Assembly: GCF_000143415.4 (NCBI RefSeq)
Contig: NW_003314302.1
Coordinates: 389,182-453,181 of the forward strand
Origin: Selaginella moellendorffii
Lineage: Eukaryota; Plantae; Lycopodiophyta
Reading direction: 5' to 3'
Length of the DNA: 64,000 nucleotides
Each line of letters starts with the position of its first letter. Position 1 is the first letter of the stretch. A program made the position numbers and the translations under genes. Below the pieces are notes generated by a model. That model did not search any database, was not told the DNA's origin, and saw only the letters and a list, made by a program, of their open reading frames with translations. Positions 1-13,800 of the stretch are shown here, in pieces.

Positions 1-1269
1 AGGAGCAAAGGGGATGGGAGCACAAAGCAATGTTGGAATAGTCCTAGAGCATCTAACATCTAATGCCAAAAGCAATATATAAAATGAAGCTAAATTAAAT
101 TTGGTGCTATATCAACATACTGATGGCTTAGCTCGAGGATATGAGTACTCCATCAGGTAGTATGGTATAGAGCTTGGGCTTAAACTCACACTAGGTGCAA
201 AACAAAGATATGCATGCAAGCAAGACCTAGATTACACTTTAAGTTAGTTAGCCATACCTAACCTATCCACTATCCTTACTATACATTTGGCAACAACCCT
301 CGCACCCCCCCCCTAAAAGTTAGTCTCTGGGACAATTATACAAAAACTTTCTAAATATGGAATGGTGCTAAATTGCGCATTTGAATATGAGACCAACACC
401 ATTGTGATCATAATCTTTACAGATATGCCCAACTAACAAATCTAGACACTTTTCATAAATAGCCAATGAGATATATGGCATAATAGCGAGAGTATTTTGG
501 TGCATATGGTAAGTTATCATTTTGCGAATATTAAGGGAATAAGCTCAATATTGCACGGGGTTATCAACATTAGCAAGTGGAAGCTAACAACATAAGTCTC
601 ATCACCAGGTCAAGTATGCTTCACTAAATGACAATTTAAGATTTCTTTCTTTAGTGCCTTTTTGGTGTAAATGCACATGTGGTGACTAGCTTCTCAACTA
701 ACTTAGATGGAGAAGGGTCAAGTAATACCAACTTTACACCATCGTAGCAATAAGGAAAGAATATCTGAAAGGATTTTTTGGTAAATAACTGTCAATACCC
801 ACAATTACATTCACAACACCATTGCACCACTTTAGGGCAGGCTTTTGTTCCATAGCCTTAATATACCCTTGAGCTTCCCTTTGACCCATGTTGACCATGT
901 GGTAAAAATTGGACATGTGGCAGGACTCCATGGTATACCTATAGAATTCAAATCACATTTTGGTTCTTTAAGGCAATCAAAATGTTATAATATAATATAC
1001 TATTTTTACTTTATGTCTTACTATATGTTAAAAAGGTCAAGATTACCATAGCCAATACCCACATTGCACAATCTTAACTTAAGCTTATATATGCTTGCAA
1101 ATGATGTGGGGTATAGTATTGAAGACTAAAAGGGACCAAAAGAGTGATAAAATAATCAATTTGCATCTATTGCATTATAGTCTCATGCTTTTGTTGGCTG
1201 TTACAAGACCCTAAAAAACATTAAGGGTAAGTTAAAAGAATGATGTTCCAAGAAATCCAATTGGCATCA

Positions 1270-4200
1270 TCTATATATATAAAGCAATAGTGGGGAGGTC
1301 CACTAGCAGTTGGATCCTAGGCTTGGGCTAGGATCAATTTGCATGGTTGCACGAGAAAGTTTTCTGATGTTAGCCTTGGCCAATGGGAGATCACCACAGC
1401 TCTGGTGCTCATTGGCTTTGAGCAAGGCAAAACAGGCATTTGACATATGTCACCAGTGGTGTCTTGCCCCCGTGCCCATTCTTTTTAGCTTGCCCTAGAT
1501 GCCCTGCTGCAATCAAGCTAACACTTGCTTGCTGGATCAGTGGCAATCATAGCAATTGTGCTTCTTCCTGCAAAGATCTGTGTTCAACGTAGGTCCAACG
1601 GCCACTAATTTGGCCCCCAACCACAACAATCTAGATTTTTGTGTGCTGTGGAAATTTGAGACATCTTCATTTGGGTTTGTGGATGCCATTGAGCAGCAAA
1701 GCTGGAGCTAGAGCCAACCTTCATGGCCAGAACCATTAGAGAGTTTGCAGTCCCTATCCTTCTCCAAGAGAGAACAAGCCCAATGTGAGTTCTCAAACTT
1801 GCAAACCCTACCCACCTCTCATGGCTCAAGTGTCATTATATTTTAAAAAGCACGGGAGGCTTTTTGAGTGCTCACCACGCCTTGGAAAAGGTGTGCTAGT
1901 AGATTAGTCTCTTTTGTTTACAGCTTAAGGTGTATATAGATATAGATTGTGCTCTCACTATATAGTCTTTGATTTTTTTTTATTTTTATTTTTTTTCTAG
2001 TGTAAGAACACAAGTTCTGGCTTTTACTTAGAATCTCTAAAAATTTTAAGATAAGTGTTTTGATTTTCTTTTAGATTGATGCATCACTCACATCTACTTC
2101 TTGCCTTAAGTTTAAATTTGCACTAAATAGGTTATTTCACTTCATTTATTAAACAAAACTTCCTCCCTAGCAAATATGCCTTGGCTTTAGAAGTATTAAG
2201 AAGCATACATCACCAATTACTTCCAACTATTGACACTAGCAGATATATTCATACTCACAACAACCTTGCATATGGTAATGAAGAAACTAATCTAACATGC
2301 TAATGCAAAAATTACTTTAGATCTTGATGATGCTAATACAAACATAGCATATGCTGATGAAGGTCATACAAATATAGACCTTGAAAATGCTAAATAAAAG
2401 TAATACAAATGCATGGAATCATCATAGTTATACTGTCTACAGTCTACAAATTAGCACATCAAAAGAATTATAATGGCCATACAACACATATGTTTAATAT
2501 TGAAAATATGTCATCCATATATGTTTTTTGTAGTGCATTACATTTTGAAACGAGTCAAGATTAATGTGTTGCTAGAATGGAAAGGTTTCCCTTCCCCAAC
2601 TTTTATCTTTACCTACTATATTGCATATGCTTTTTAATGAAAATAAAAACTCTAACTTTAAAATTAACATAAGAAATTTCAATAGTGCTTTAGCTTTTGC
2701 ATCAATGGGTGCTAATATTGATAATTTAAGTGGTAAAAGCCCATATTGCTTTAAAATACATGGTCAAATATATCACAATATTGCTTTAACATATCTTGCT
2801 ACTAAAGTGCCACCATCATATGGACAACTTTACATGCTTGACGCATTTGAAGCTACAAATATTAGAAAGCAAAACCCATTCAACACAAACTGTGATTCTA
2901 ATTTGTTATTGCAATTAGATCACTTGCTAAGACCAATAAACCTATACACACAAGCTTTTCAAATGATGTATAATCTTGAATTCCAAGAACAACATTGCTC
3001 AATTTGCAATGGAATTCCGAAACATGGTGTTTATATGATTGCTAGAAGTGAAAGTACTAATTTACATTGTTATGACTTGCCGCGGACTAATGATGTTGCT
3101 GTTGCTTTTGCTATTGATGAGGGGAGCCATCTCTTGACAAAGAAATATGCATACATCCATATAACTCACAGCCAAAAGAAAATTTTATTCTTATGAAAAT
3201 TGTGATCCTATAGTTTATCTTTTACTTTTACCATTTGGTGATAAAGGTTAGCATGAAAAAATCTACCACAATAAGTTGTATGTAATGTTACTCCAATACT
3301 ATATATATTGATTATCTCAACAAGATAGTATTGGCAACTCTTTCCTTTATGATTAATTGCTACATGTTGGGAAGCTCACTCAATAATTTATGGTTGATGC
3401 TTATATAAAGGTTGAATCTAACAACTTTACTTTCTTTAGCACTCATCAAAAACATTTAAAAGTGGATTGTTACATAGGTATTATGGACTATGTTAGCAAT
3501 AGAACTGCTACTAATAATGCTGAGCTTAGAAAAGTTATAATTTTACCTTCTACATTTCCTGATAGCCTACAAGCAATGCAATAACATTATCAAAATGCTA
3601 TTGCTATTGTTACATATTTTGGAAAATCTGACTTATTTATTACATTTACACACAACCCAAAGTGGTCTTAAATTGTATAAAACTTACAACTGAATGAATC
3701 ACTTGAGGATTGATTTGATCTTATTTTAAAAGTTTTCAACTTAAAACTTAAAGAATTTCTACATAACATAAGTATCAAAGGAATTTTTGGGAAGTGCATC
3801 ACATATGTTTATGTTTCCAAAAAACAGGTTTGCCTCATTATCATTTCTTAGCAATGTTATCAAGTGAAGACAAGATAAAAAACCATGACTTGGTTGGCAA
3901 ATTTATCACTGCACAATTGCCACACCCATTGCTAAAATCAGAATTGCATAACATAATTACAAATCATATTATATATGGTTTATGTGGTAATTTTAATTAT
4001 TTAATTTGCATGGCAAATAACAAATGCTCTAAGAATTATCCAAAAGAATTTAATGTTGAAATTATTTATTGTATTGATGGTTATCTTAATTACTACCAAC
4101 CCAATAACGAACACACTTTCATAAAAAATGGTTGTACTATTGATAATAGATGGGTTGCTCTTTATAATAAATACCTTTGTAAGAAATATAAAGCATACAT

Positions 4201-7115
4201 CAATGTAGAAATTTGTGCTTCTATTAAAAGTATTAAATATTTATTTTAATATATGACTATGCAACATTAGAATTCATAACTACATTTGAAGAATGAGGGA
4301 CTTTAAATTGGGACAAAATCTTAAGTTTTGTCAATGTTTGATATATTTATGCTCCCAAAGCCATATGGCATATATTTAAGTTTCATATGCATGATAAATC
4401 AATAACTATTATATGCTTTCCAGTTCATTACCTATTTTTTAAAATGTCTATTTCATACCAGGTCATGAACAAAAAACACTAGAAAGAACCACTCAAAATG
4501 GAATAATGCTTACACAATGGTTCAATTTAAACATGTAAGATACTAATGCAAGACAATACATATATGCTTAAATTTCGTTACACTATATATATAAAAAATC
4601 CTCTCATAAATGGCAATTACACCAATGAAAAGCTAAACTCATACCAAGAATATATTCCATATCTTCTTCAAATAGTGAGTTGTACCATTTGTGGCTTATA
4701 TTATTCCATATAAAAGGTGTTATATCATTTGAGGATATATATATATTGTTAAAAGTGTTATTTTCTCCTCTTTTAAACAAGTAGTTATAGCAATAAGATT
4801 TCTAACAAATGATTCAAAATGGCAACATTGCATACAAGAAACTTCTACTTTTAAAATGCCATCCCAATTAAGACATATTATTTTTTATTTATTTGTATTA
4901 TTCACTAAAAGATCCAAATCTATTATGGGATCAATTCAAAATTGATATATTTAAGGATTATGCTAGAAATTATATAAACTATTTTGATATTGCTTTACTC
5001 GATATTAACTCAAAATTTCAACTACACAATAAATCTAATTGTAATTTTAGTTTACCACTCCCAACTCTTACTTGCATTGTCGAACATATGTTTAATACAC
5101 AAATCCCTGATCCATCACAAAACCAAATCAATGCAAATATAAATCAATTCAGTCATGAATAACGTTATATTTTTGAACTCATTATGAATGCTATTGACAC
5201 TGACCAACATCAATGTTTCTTTATTGATAGACCTAGTGGTACTGAGAAATTTTTCTACTTAATTACACATTACAATTATAAAGATAAAAGTAATCAGTAT
5301 GGCATGAACTAGGATTGCAAACATTTTGGTAAAATATGGTCAAACGACATATATAACTTTTAAACTTTTTGTTCCTTTAAATGAAATTTCTATCTCTACT
5401 TTAACAATTAATAGTATTGCTAGAAAAACCATTAAACAAGCAAATGTTTTCATATGGGATGAAATTAGTATGGTCTACACACATGTTTTTTCTGCGGTTA
5501 ATAAATTTTTAAAGCATCTCAAATGTAATTCTAAACCATTTGGAGGCATTACAATGGTTACAAGTGTTGACTTTTGTCAAACCCTTTTTATTATTCCTTA
5601 TGGCTATAGAACTTCTATTATTTCAAGCTCAGTTAGAATAAATGGACTATAGTCACTCTTTACAACACTAACATTAATAAAGAATATACATTCAAACAAT
5701 CTTTGTTTTTCTAAATGGCTTCTCAAACTTGGCAATGGTGATAGTAGTTTGAAGTTGCTATATCTCCCACCAGATATTATCAAAATACCACATGCATTAT
5801 CTATCTCTACATTTGTTATAAACTTTGTTTTCCCAAATACCAATGATATTATAAAGATTTACACAGCTGCATCAAAGGTTATTCTCACCCCACTCAATGA
5901 TGACATATTTAGAATAAATAATGACATTGTTAGAAGACTACTAGGTGATCCATATGTTTACTTAAGCATTGACACAATTGACTCAAATCAACCTGAAGTG
6001 TTCCCAATTGAATTCTTAAATTCAATCACCCCATCGAGACTACACCACATAAATTAATTCTAAAACAAAATGTGATTTTGATTCTTCTTAGGAGTATATC
6101 TTCACACTCACCTCATTCTCAAGCAAGTATCTTGAAATGTTTTGGACTGTGAATTTATCATAAGACAATTCAAGGGATCACAAGTTTTTATTCTACGTAT
6201 TACCCTTACACTTTTTGATCTTGAAATCCCTTTTAAGGTGTCCCGAAGATAATTCCTAATTCATCTAGGTTATTGCTTAATTATTTCTAAAGCTCAAGGC
6301 CAAATTTTCAATCATGTTGGCATTTACCTCCCTCAACTTATTTTCACATATGGTCAACTTTATATTGCTCTGTCAAGGTGTAGATCATCTGAACAACTTT
6401 GTGTTCAAGTGCTCACAACCCCCCTTCAAGGCAATCTTATACCATATGATCAACACTTTTACATTGTGAATACAGTCTACGCTAAAATTCTTAAGTAGAC
6501 TGATCAATATATGGCACAATTCCAAATCCAACCATGATTCCACAAAGCTATCACCTTTGACCTGCAATTATGAGTTTAAAGTGCATGCTACAACAAAGCT
6601 AGCATTGAGTGGTGTGCATTGGGTGGTGTGCCATTTTGGTTATGGCAACATGCTATTAAGCTGCTAATGGTAGAGGTACAGTTTTCATCCTGTTGCTTCT
6701 TGAGTGCAACTTTTACTATAATATAATAGTTTCCAACTCATCCCAAGAGGAACCTCTCTAGTGGGCTGTGGAGCAAGTAGCAACACCTGCACCAAAGATG
6801 GACTTGGAAGTATTCTTTGGGCTCTTTGTGTTCAAAATGGAGGAATGTAACTTAATAGTGATGTAATTTAGCTTATGTAATGCTTATGGGCAAAGTTTGT
6901 AAATTCCAGCATAGGAAATTTGGATTTGAGGAGTTTAGACAACAATCAAGTATGGTAAATGCATTATTATTTTATGATTACAAATAACACATTTGGTCAA
7001 AAGAATATTTTTCAATTGTGGAGTTGATCAAACAGTAAACATAACTATACTTAGCAAACCTCTTGAAATGACATCAAATTTGTCAACCACGCAGCATTTG
7101 CTGGGCAATTGCTAG
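1270..7115 (+). mobile_element. Helitron (full-length, decayed autonomous element)
   Basis: 5' end A|TCTATATATATAAAG at 1270. 3' end hairpin CAGCA-TT-TGCTG followed by CTAG|T at 7112-7115. Inserted between A and T with no TSD. Contains RepHel remnants. Confidence 0.85.
2430..6498 (+). pseudogene. Helitron Rep/PIF1-helicase (RepHel) pseudogene
   Basis: Fragmented ORFs carry Rep motifs (FNSALAFASMGA..YCFKIHGQIYH, VILPSTF, DLFITFT.NPKW, FQKTGLPH, IDNRWV..YN, INVEICASIKSIKYLF). They also carry PIF1 helicase motifs (FIWDEISM, PFGG, DFCQTL, KAQGQ, GQLYIALSR). Many stops and frameshifts; start approximate. Confidence 0.92.
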
Positions 7116-8176
7116 TATTAAATATTTTTTGGGACAAATGCTACACCAGCATCTTGTCAAAGAATTCTTTTGCCTTTTCCAAATCTCTTTACAATTTAGA
7201 GTTGTATTAAGAACAGCTAGTTATATCCCACTTCAAACAAGCTCATGGCATTTGTGTTACACTTGGCCTTGGCATATGCAGAGATCCTTATTGTCCACAC
7301 CAGATTTCATTGTGGCATGCAATTAAAAACTCCTCTAGCTTTTGATTCTCAGCATATCCCACGAGTATAGCGTTCCAAGAGTAAATGCCCTCTATAGCAT
7401 TCCATTAAAAACCACCTTTGCATTCCCCACATTGGAAATAAGCAAACAGCATTGTTGTGTATGAAATTATATCCCTTTCATCAAACAGGTTTTTTATCTT
7501 AAGAATATTTCCATCATAATGTATGCCTCAACGTCAACAACGTGTTTTGACTCTTTCCAAATGTCTGGCCGTGGTAAATGCAGTCTACCACTTTTGGCGA
7601 ACACCTTCTCAGCAGCCGCTTGTATCATTGTGTTCCGGTGCGGCATTGTGTCAAGATGAGAATGTAAATGCCGTCTGCGACTAGCTTTGTTGACGCGACC
7701 ATGACTTGGAATCGCGTGCAGGGAGGCAAAGCGCAAGTTCTTTGAATCGATCTCCACCAGTCTTTCCGCTCGTGGACAGAGGAACACGAAAGAGAGCTCA
7801 ATACGCTCGTTAGACCCTAAAAAAAACAAAGAAAATCAAACAGATGGAATGCCCCCTCTCTTTCTCGGGCGCTCTGCGAAGAGTTTGAGGTACACATTTC
7901 GTGCCATCTTTATTTCCGAGTTGGACAAGACTGGGAGGAAACTTCGTGTGCCAGGGAGCATATTCAGCTAATAACATAGTTTGAACCACAAATGCGTTTG
8001 CATCCCCCTGTCTCCCCGGTTATATTCGCTAGCAGCAAGCACTCTTGGAGCTGATCAAGTGCAACCAGAAGCTTGAATCCGGAGGAAGTTGCGAGCTGAG
8101 TGCTCGTTCTGGCTGGGGCAAACAGGGGAGGGGGCTGGATTATGCAAACTAGCCATCGATCAGATCAGCTATTGTC

Positions 8177-10580
8177 ATGATTATGCTACTCCTGACCCTC
8201 TTGATGATCCTTGGAGCAAACTTTCTAGCCGCTGGGAAGCTCCTCATGCACACCCAAGACGACGATCACACCCTCACCGATGCCGCCAGCAACGAGCTCC
8301 ACGCCAGGTTCTTAGCCCTCATCACCACAATCCCTTCCCAGCTCGTCTACGATGGAGCCACGGATCCATACTTCCGGGGCCAGGCCATTGGCGACACCTT
8401 GTTTCTCCCGGAATTTAATCTCTCGTTGGTTCTCAACCTCTACTTCTACAACGTCGAGCACTGCGGCCCCGGCTTTAGCCCACATTTTGGTAGCACTGGC
8501 AGCAAGCTTCGCGAAGGATTCACGGCTCTCTTGCCGGATCTTCAAAGTCTCATGAACCGCAGCTATGGTGCCGCCTATGTCACGCAAGGCCAGTTCCAAG
8601 CCGGATACTACATCCAGGGGATGAACTTGCGAGGATCCAATGGATCGTGCTCGTCTCTCCGGATCGAAAACACCACGGATAGTATCGGCTACTGCTACGG
8701 CTACGAGGGGACGCGATTGAGCTTCAGTGCTTTCGACAGGCTCTACCCGGGTTGCCGGATTAAATCCATGAGAAGGCCCGAGTACGTTCTGGAGATGGGA
8801 GAGGATTGCAATGCGGTGTTTAGCGACAGTTCGAACAACGAGGTCTTGTGGCAGTCGAGAACGAAGGGGAGTGGACGGGAGTGCGAGCTTGTTCTCGAGG
8901 AGACGGCGACGATTGGCGTGTATGATCGAAACGGGACTGTGTTAGCGAGATTTGGGACGAACAACTCCACGAATGCGTCCTTGTTTGCGATGCAGGAAGA
9001 TCGAAACATGGTGATCTACGCCATCAGCAGTATGAAGAGTGGCATGCCTGTGTGGAGTTCAGACACTTACAAAGGCGAGTTTTTGAAGAGCTTACGATGA
9101 GATCATACCTTTCTTGTGCAGATCCATCTTCAATTGGGAGGAATGGCACGACGATCAGTCCAGTTTCGCTGCCTTTGCCGAATGGAACGAGCTCAAACTC
9201 GTCCAACAAACGATCAAAGATTCTTGGATTTTGCTTGGGAGCGGTGTCGCTCGTTGTTGGAGTGGCAATTGTCGTGGTGATTTTGCGACGAAGAACGCGC
9301 AGTATAAGAGCTGGTGGGGAAGCATTGAACTGGCTACCACCCGGTAGCCAGGCGAAGAAATACTCGTACGAAGAGCTCCAGGAGGCTACGAAAGGATTTC
9401 ACAAGGAGAACTTGATCGGCACCGGCGGATTTGCGAGTGTATACAAGGTATTCTTCTAAATTCGATGGTCTTTCTTACCGAGAAAAACTCCATTGTTGAT
9501 ACACACACTCAGGGAGTTATAGACAGTCACGTTGTTGCGGTGAAATACTTGACAAGCTCCGATCTATCGGAGAAAGCGAGGCTGGATTTCGAGAATGAGG
9601 TGTCCACGATTAGCCTGCTCCAACACAAAAACGTTGTCAAGCTTTTCGGGTTTTGCTCCGAGAAAGAACACAAGCTCATCGTCTGCGAGCTCGTTGAGAA
9701 TGGGAACCTCTCCGACGCCTTGTTTGGTTAGCAACTCTAAAGAGATCTTTTAAGAAATCATGAAGAGAGTTTCTTCCATTTCAGTGTGGAAGGATTTGCA
9801 GCTAGATTGGACTGCCAGATACAACATTTGTGTGGGTGTTGCCCAAGGTTTGGCATACTTGCACGGAGAAACATCGCAGGCAACCATCGTACACAGAGAT
9901 ATCAAAGCCCTCAACATTCTTCTAGCCAGCGATCTCAAGCCAAAGATCTCGGACTTTGGATTGGCAAGACTGATCCAGCAAAGTCGAAGCTATACCAGCA
10001 CACGAGCAGCAGGAACAGCGTAAGTTATTCCACCAATTCTCTATCTAATTGTTTTTAACTTTTCCATCTCTAGTGGCTATCTAGCTCCAGAGTATGCTCT
10101 CTCTGGTCAGCTCACCGAGAAGGCCGACGTCTATTCGTTTGGGATTCTTGTTCTTGAGATCATAAGTGGAAGAAAAAACATGGACTTCACACTCTTGGAC
10201 AGCGAGTTTTTCTTGCTCGAATGGGTGAGTATGTGGTTTTAAAGTTTAGATCTTCTAGATTTGTGTGATTACCACAGGCATGGAATGCATTCCAAAGTGG
10301 CAATCTCCAAGAGATCATCGACAAGAGACTGGAGGTGGGTGACCAAGAGATTCACGAGATCAAGCGAGTGTTCACAGTTGCTCTCCACTGCACACAAGCC
10401 AGTCAAAACAAGCGCCCAGTGATGTATAGAGTGGTGGGGATGCTCATGGGTGACATGGACATCAGTGGCACCATCTCAAAGCCCGGCTTCCTCTGTGATT
10501 TAAGGCAAAACCCTGAGCAGACCGGCATCAATGACACTCACACTCCCTTTATTGAAACAAAGAGTGCAAAAGATAATTAG
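8177..10580 (+). CDS. Bulb-type (G-type) lectin receptor-like Ser/Thr kinase, ~708 aa; exons 8177-9074, 9122-9447, 9513-9726, 9785-10019, 10074-10224, 10278-10580
   Basis: Signal peptide, B-lectin motif [11 protein letters not shown] helix [22 protein letters not shown] followed by RRR. Kinase motifs [44 protein letters not shown]. The joined exons total 2127 nt in frame; the first intron is GC-AG. Confidence 0.92.
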
Positions 10581-10656
10581 ATACTAAACGGATAAAAAAG
10601 AATCCAGCTAATATTTTGAAATGAATAAGAAGTCAATATCTAAGGTGCATTATAAA

Positions 10657-10768
10657 GTCATTATGAAACACTCAACAAAAACAAGCTCAAACTTTTTAAC
10701 TTGATGAAATTGTCATTATGAAACACTCAACAAAAACAAGCTCAAACTTTTTAACTTGATGAAATTGT
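10657..10768. repeat. Perfect 55-bp tandem duplication
   Basis: gtcattatgaaacactcaacaaaaacaagctcaaactttttaacttgatgaaatt occurs at 10657 and again at 10712. Confidence 0.9.
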
Positions 10769-10889
10769 ATGATGCAGTTTAATGCTAGCTTTTGAGGTTA
10801 AGATAATTGAGTTAGATAAAGTTTGGAATAATGGCCATTGCACTTTTCTAAAAATGTCTTTTATCCCTTTTTTCTATAATATTATGTTT

Positions 10890-13800
10890 ATGTAGCACAT
10901 ATAATCATGGGATGAGATTTGAATATACTATCACCGTGAATCTTTAGAATTTTAGGGGATAAATGGGGATAAAATAGCCATTAAGGGCTCTTTTATCAAG
11001 CAATTACCCTTTTTTTAATTTGTTTAAGGGGAGAGAGATAAAATGTGTTACATATGTGTAAACTCATGAGTTTGGACTTCCCGGGAGATCACCTAGCCCA
11101 GTACTATTCAAACCAAGGACATTTAACTCCAACTATCCTAAGACCCTTAACCAATTAGAAAAGGGGGTGTACTCTTGCTCATGGGCCCTTAACCAATTAG
11201 AAAAAGGGGTGCACTTTTGCTCATGGGCCCTTTCCCTCTATATTTGAACCCTATGGATCGTCTTTCGACCTTTGGTTGCTTATAATCCACCATGCTTCCC
11301 TACAAGTTCACGCCCTTGTGAATGGAAGCTGAGAACCGTAGCTCTCCCAAGATCCCCGCTCTCTTGACACCCTACCCCTCGGCTTCCTTACAAGTTCACG
11401 CCCTTGTGAACGGAAGCTGAGAGCCGCAGCTCTCCGGAGAGCCCCGCTCTCTTGACACCCTACCCCTCGGGTCGAGCCCAGCGGGAGCAAACTAGAGTCG
11501 GATTCGAGACCGCTCTAATACCAAATGTAAGCTCATGAGTTTGGACTTCCCGGGAGGTCACCCAACCCAATACTATTCAAACCCAAGGACGCTTAACTCC
11601 AACTATCCCAAGACCCTTAACCGATTGGAAAAGAGGGTGCATTCTTATTTATGGGCCCTTTCCTTCTATATTTGAACCCCATGGATTGTTTTTCGAGTCG
11701 TTCCCTTTGGTTGCTTACAATATGGTATTAGAGCAAATGGCAAGGGTTCGATTCCCATTGATTAGTGGCTGCTTAAAAATATAATATACCCTTGAGCAAG
11801 ATATATTCCTACCCCTAAATTTGAAATTATATGTATTGAGCATCCATGCGTACGTCCTTCCTCTTGGTGGAATATCTAGGGATGAAAGTATATATATAGT
11901 GGATGAAGGTATCCACTGTATGTATTGAGCATCCATGTAGGAAATGGAGATGTTAATTCCCCTTGGTTCAATAGGGGCTTACACAATGGAAGGAAATGGA
12001 AGTTCTGGTAGGAAATGGAAATGTTGATTCCCCTTACCTCAATAGCCTCAATAGAGGTCTACACAATGGAAGGAAATGGAAGTGCTGGTAGGAAATGGAG
12101 ATGTTGATTGAGTATAGTTATTTCTAACTTAATTTTTTGAAATTGAGATATTAGTATTTATATTATAATTTTGTTTATTAAAAGGTTATATACCTATATG
12201 AGTCCATCTAATAGTCTTTACTTTAGTTTTAATGGAGTGTTGAGCATTTGTAATTAGCTTTTTCAATCATGCTCAAAGCTATTAGTTATATATATATATA
12301 TATTAATGGGCTTATTGTTATACAATTAGATTTAAGTAGTCATTTTGTCTATATTATTCATATTTTTATATGTTGTATCTAGAGTGTTACTTTTATATTG
12401 AACAAGTATATAACTTGATCATGTGAGTTTGGTATTTGAGTTTTATGAAGGAGAGATAAAGATTGATTATTGGTTGCTTTGTGACTAGTGATTACTTGTA
12501 AACTTTATCGGAGACTACTAACACTTTACTTAGTTTAATGATGATTTAACAATGATGAGTTTATTTTACTAAATGGTGTTGTAGAGGATCATATTATTAA
12601 ACTTGTATGGTTTTTCTATATTAGCATATGGATTCACCTTTGTTAATATTGTCATTTATAGCTAAGTATTATTGAAGGAGTAGTTTCAGAAGTATCTTCA
12701 ACCTTGGTTAGTTTGAGTTTTGAATTAGTGATTCATCCTTGTTTTCGATTAGCTTTGTTTTAATGTTGATGGCATTGAAATGATGCCTTGGTGTTGATAT
12801 TGTTGGAGTTAAAATTGGAATGAAATGAGATATTTCTCTATAAGCATACTAAAGAAATTAGATTTTCCATCTATGGAGATTGATATTGAGTTTCATTCCT
12901 ACTCACTACAACGAGCATCACAATCTTAATAAAATAATGTTGATGATTTGGCTATATTTTTATGTTATTGGTATTTATGCATTTGTTTGTTAAGAACTAT
13001 ATTGAGAAAAGTGATTTAGTCATAGTAACTAGCTTTTCAGAAAGAAATGTTAGTGAGTAATTGAAGTTGTTAAATCTTTATTAATTTGAGTTAGAATTAT
13101 ATAGATTATTGATGATTTTCATTGTGTTTGTCCTGAAGTGAGTTGAATCTTGACATAAAAGGTGGATTCATGAAAGATCAATTTAGTAATCATTTATTAA
13201 TCATAGCTTTGTTGTGCTTAACTTTTGGACTGAGTACAAATACACTCTTTATTAGCTTTGCATTATAAAATTTAGTTTATAGACATATCAAAAGAACATT
13301 ATGATTTCATTTTTGACATTGAAGTTAATTATGAGACTTGTGATTGTTATTATATGAGACTTTGATATATAATAATTTATATAGGTGGTGTTTACATCTA
13401 ATAAGCATTGATGATGATTGATTGTCATTTAAGATAGTTAATTATCTTTCTTAGATATTTTATTTTATTATTATTAGTGATGAATGATTTATTATTTTTC
13501 AAGATGGTGGATTATCTTTTAATTATGATTGTGCATCTTTATTGATTGGGTGATTGATAATATCTAGTGATGGTGAGTTGTTCTATTTGATAGTTTTTGG
13601 CTTTACATTATTATATATTTTGTAATTTACTTTGAATTGATTTTTCAAGTATGAAATGTTAGTAAGATGTTGTTAATGCTTATTTTAGCAACATGGGTTC
13701 TTTAGTATTATTGACCAGGATCTATTCAACTTTTCTAGTGCAATAGTTAGCAGATAACAAATGTTTTTTGTGCTTCCAACATTCATTTTGATCTATTAAC

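Noticed and set aside
1-1269. Decayed sequence left of the Helitron
   Set aside because: It is probably TE-derived, but no diagnostic motif was recognisable.
11540-11600. Possible 5S rRNA gene
   Set aside because: Only the internal A-box/C-box part is present, and it lies inside paired LTRs, so it belongs to the Cassandra element.
11935-12110. CRISPR-like spaced repeats
   Set aside because: The context is eukaryotic, and these are tandem repeats inside an LTR element without unique spacers.
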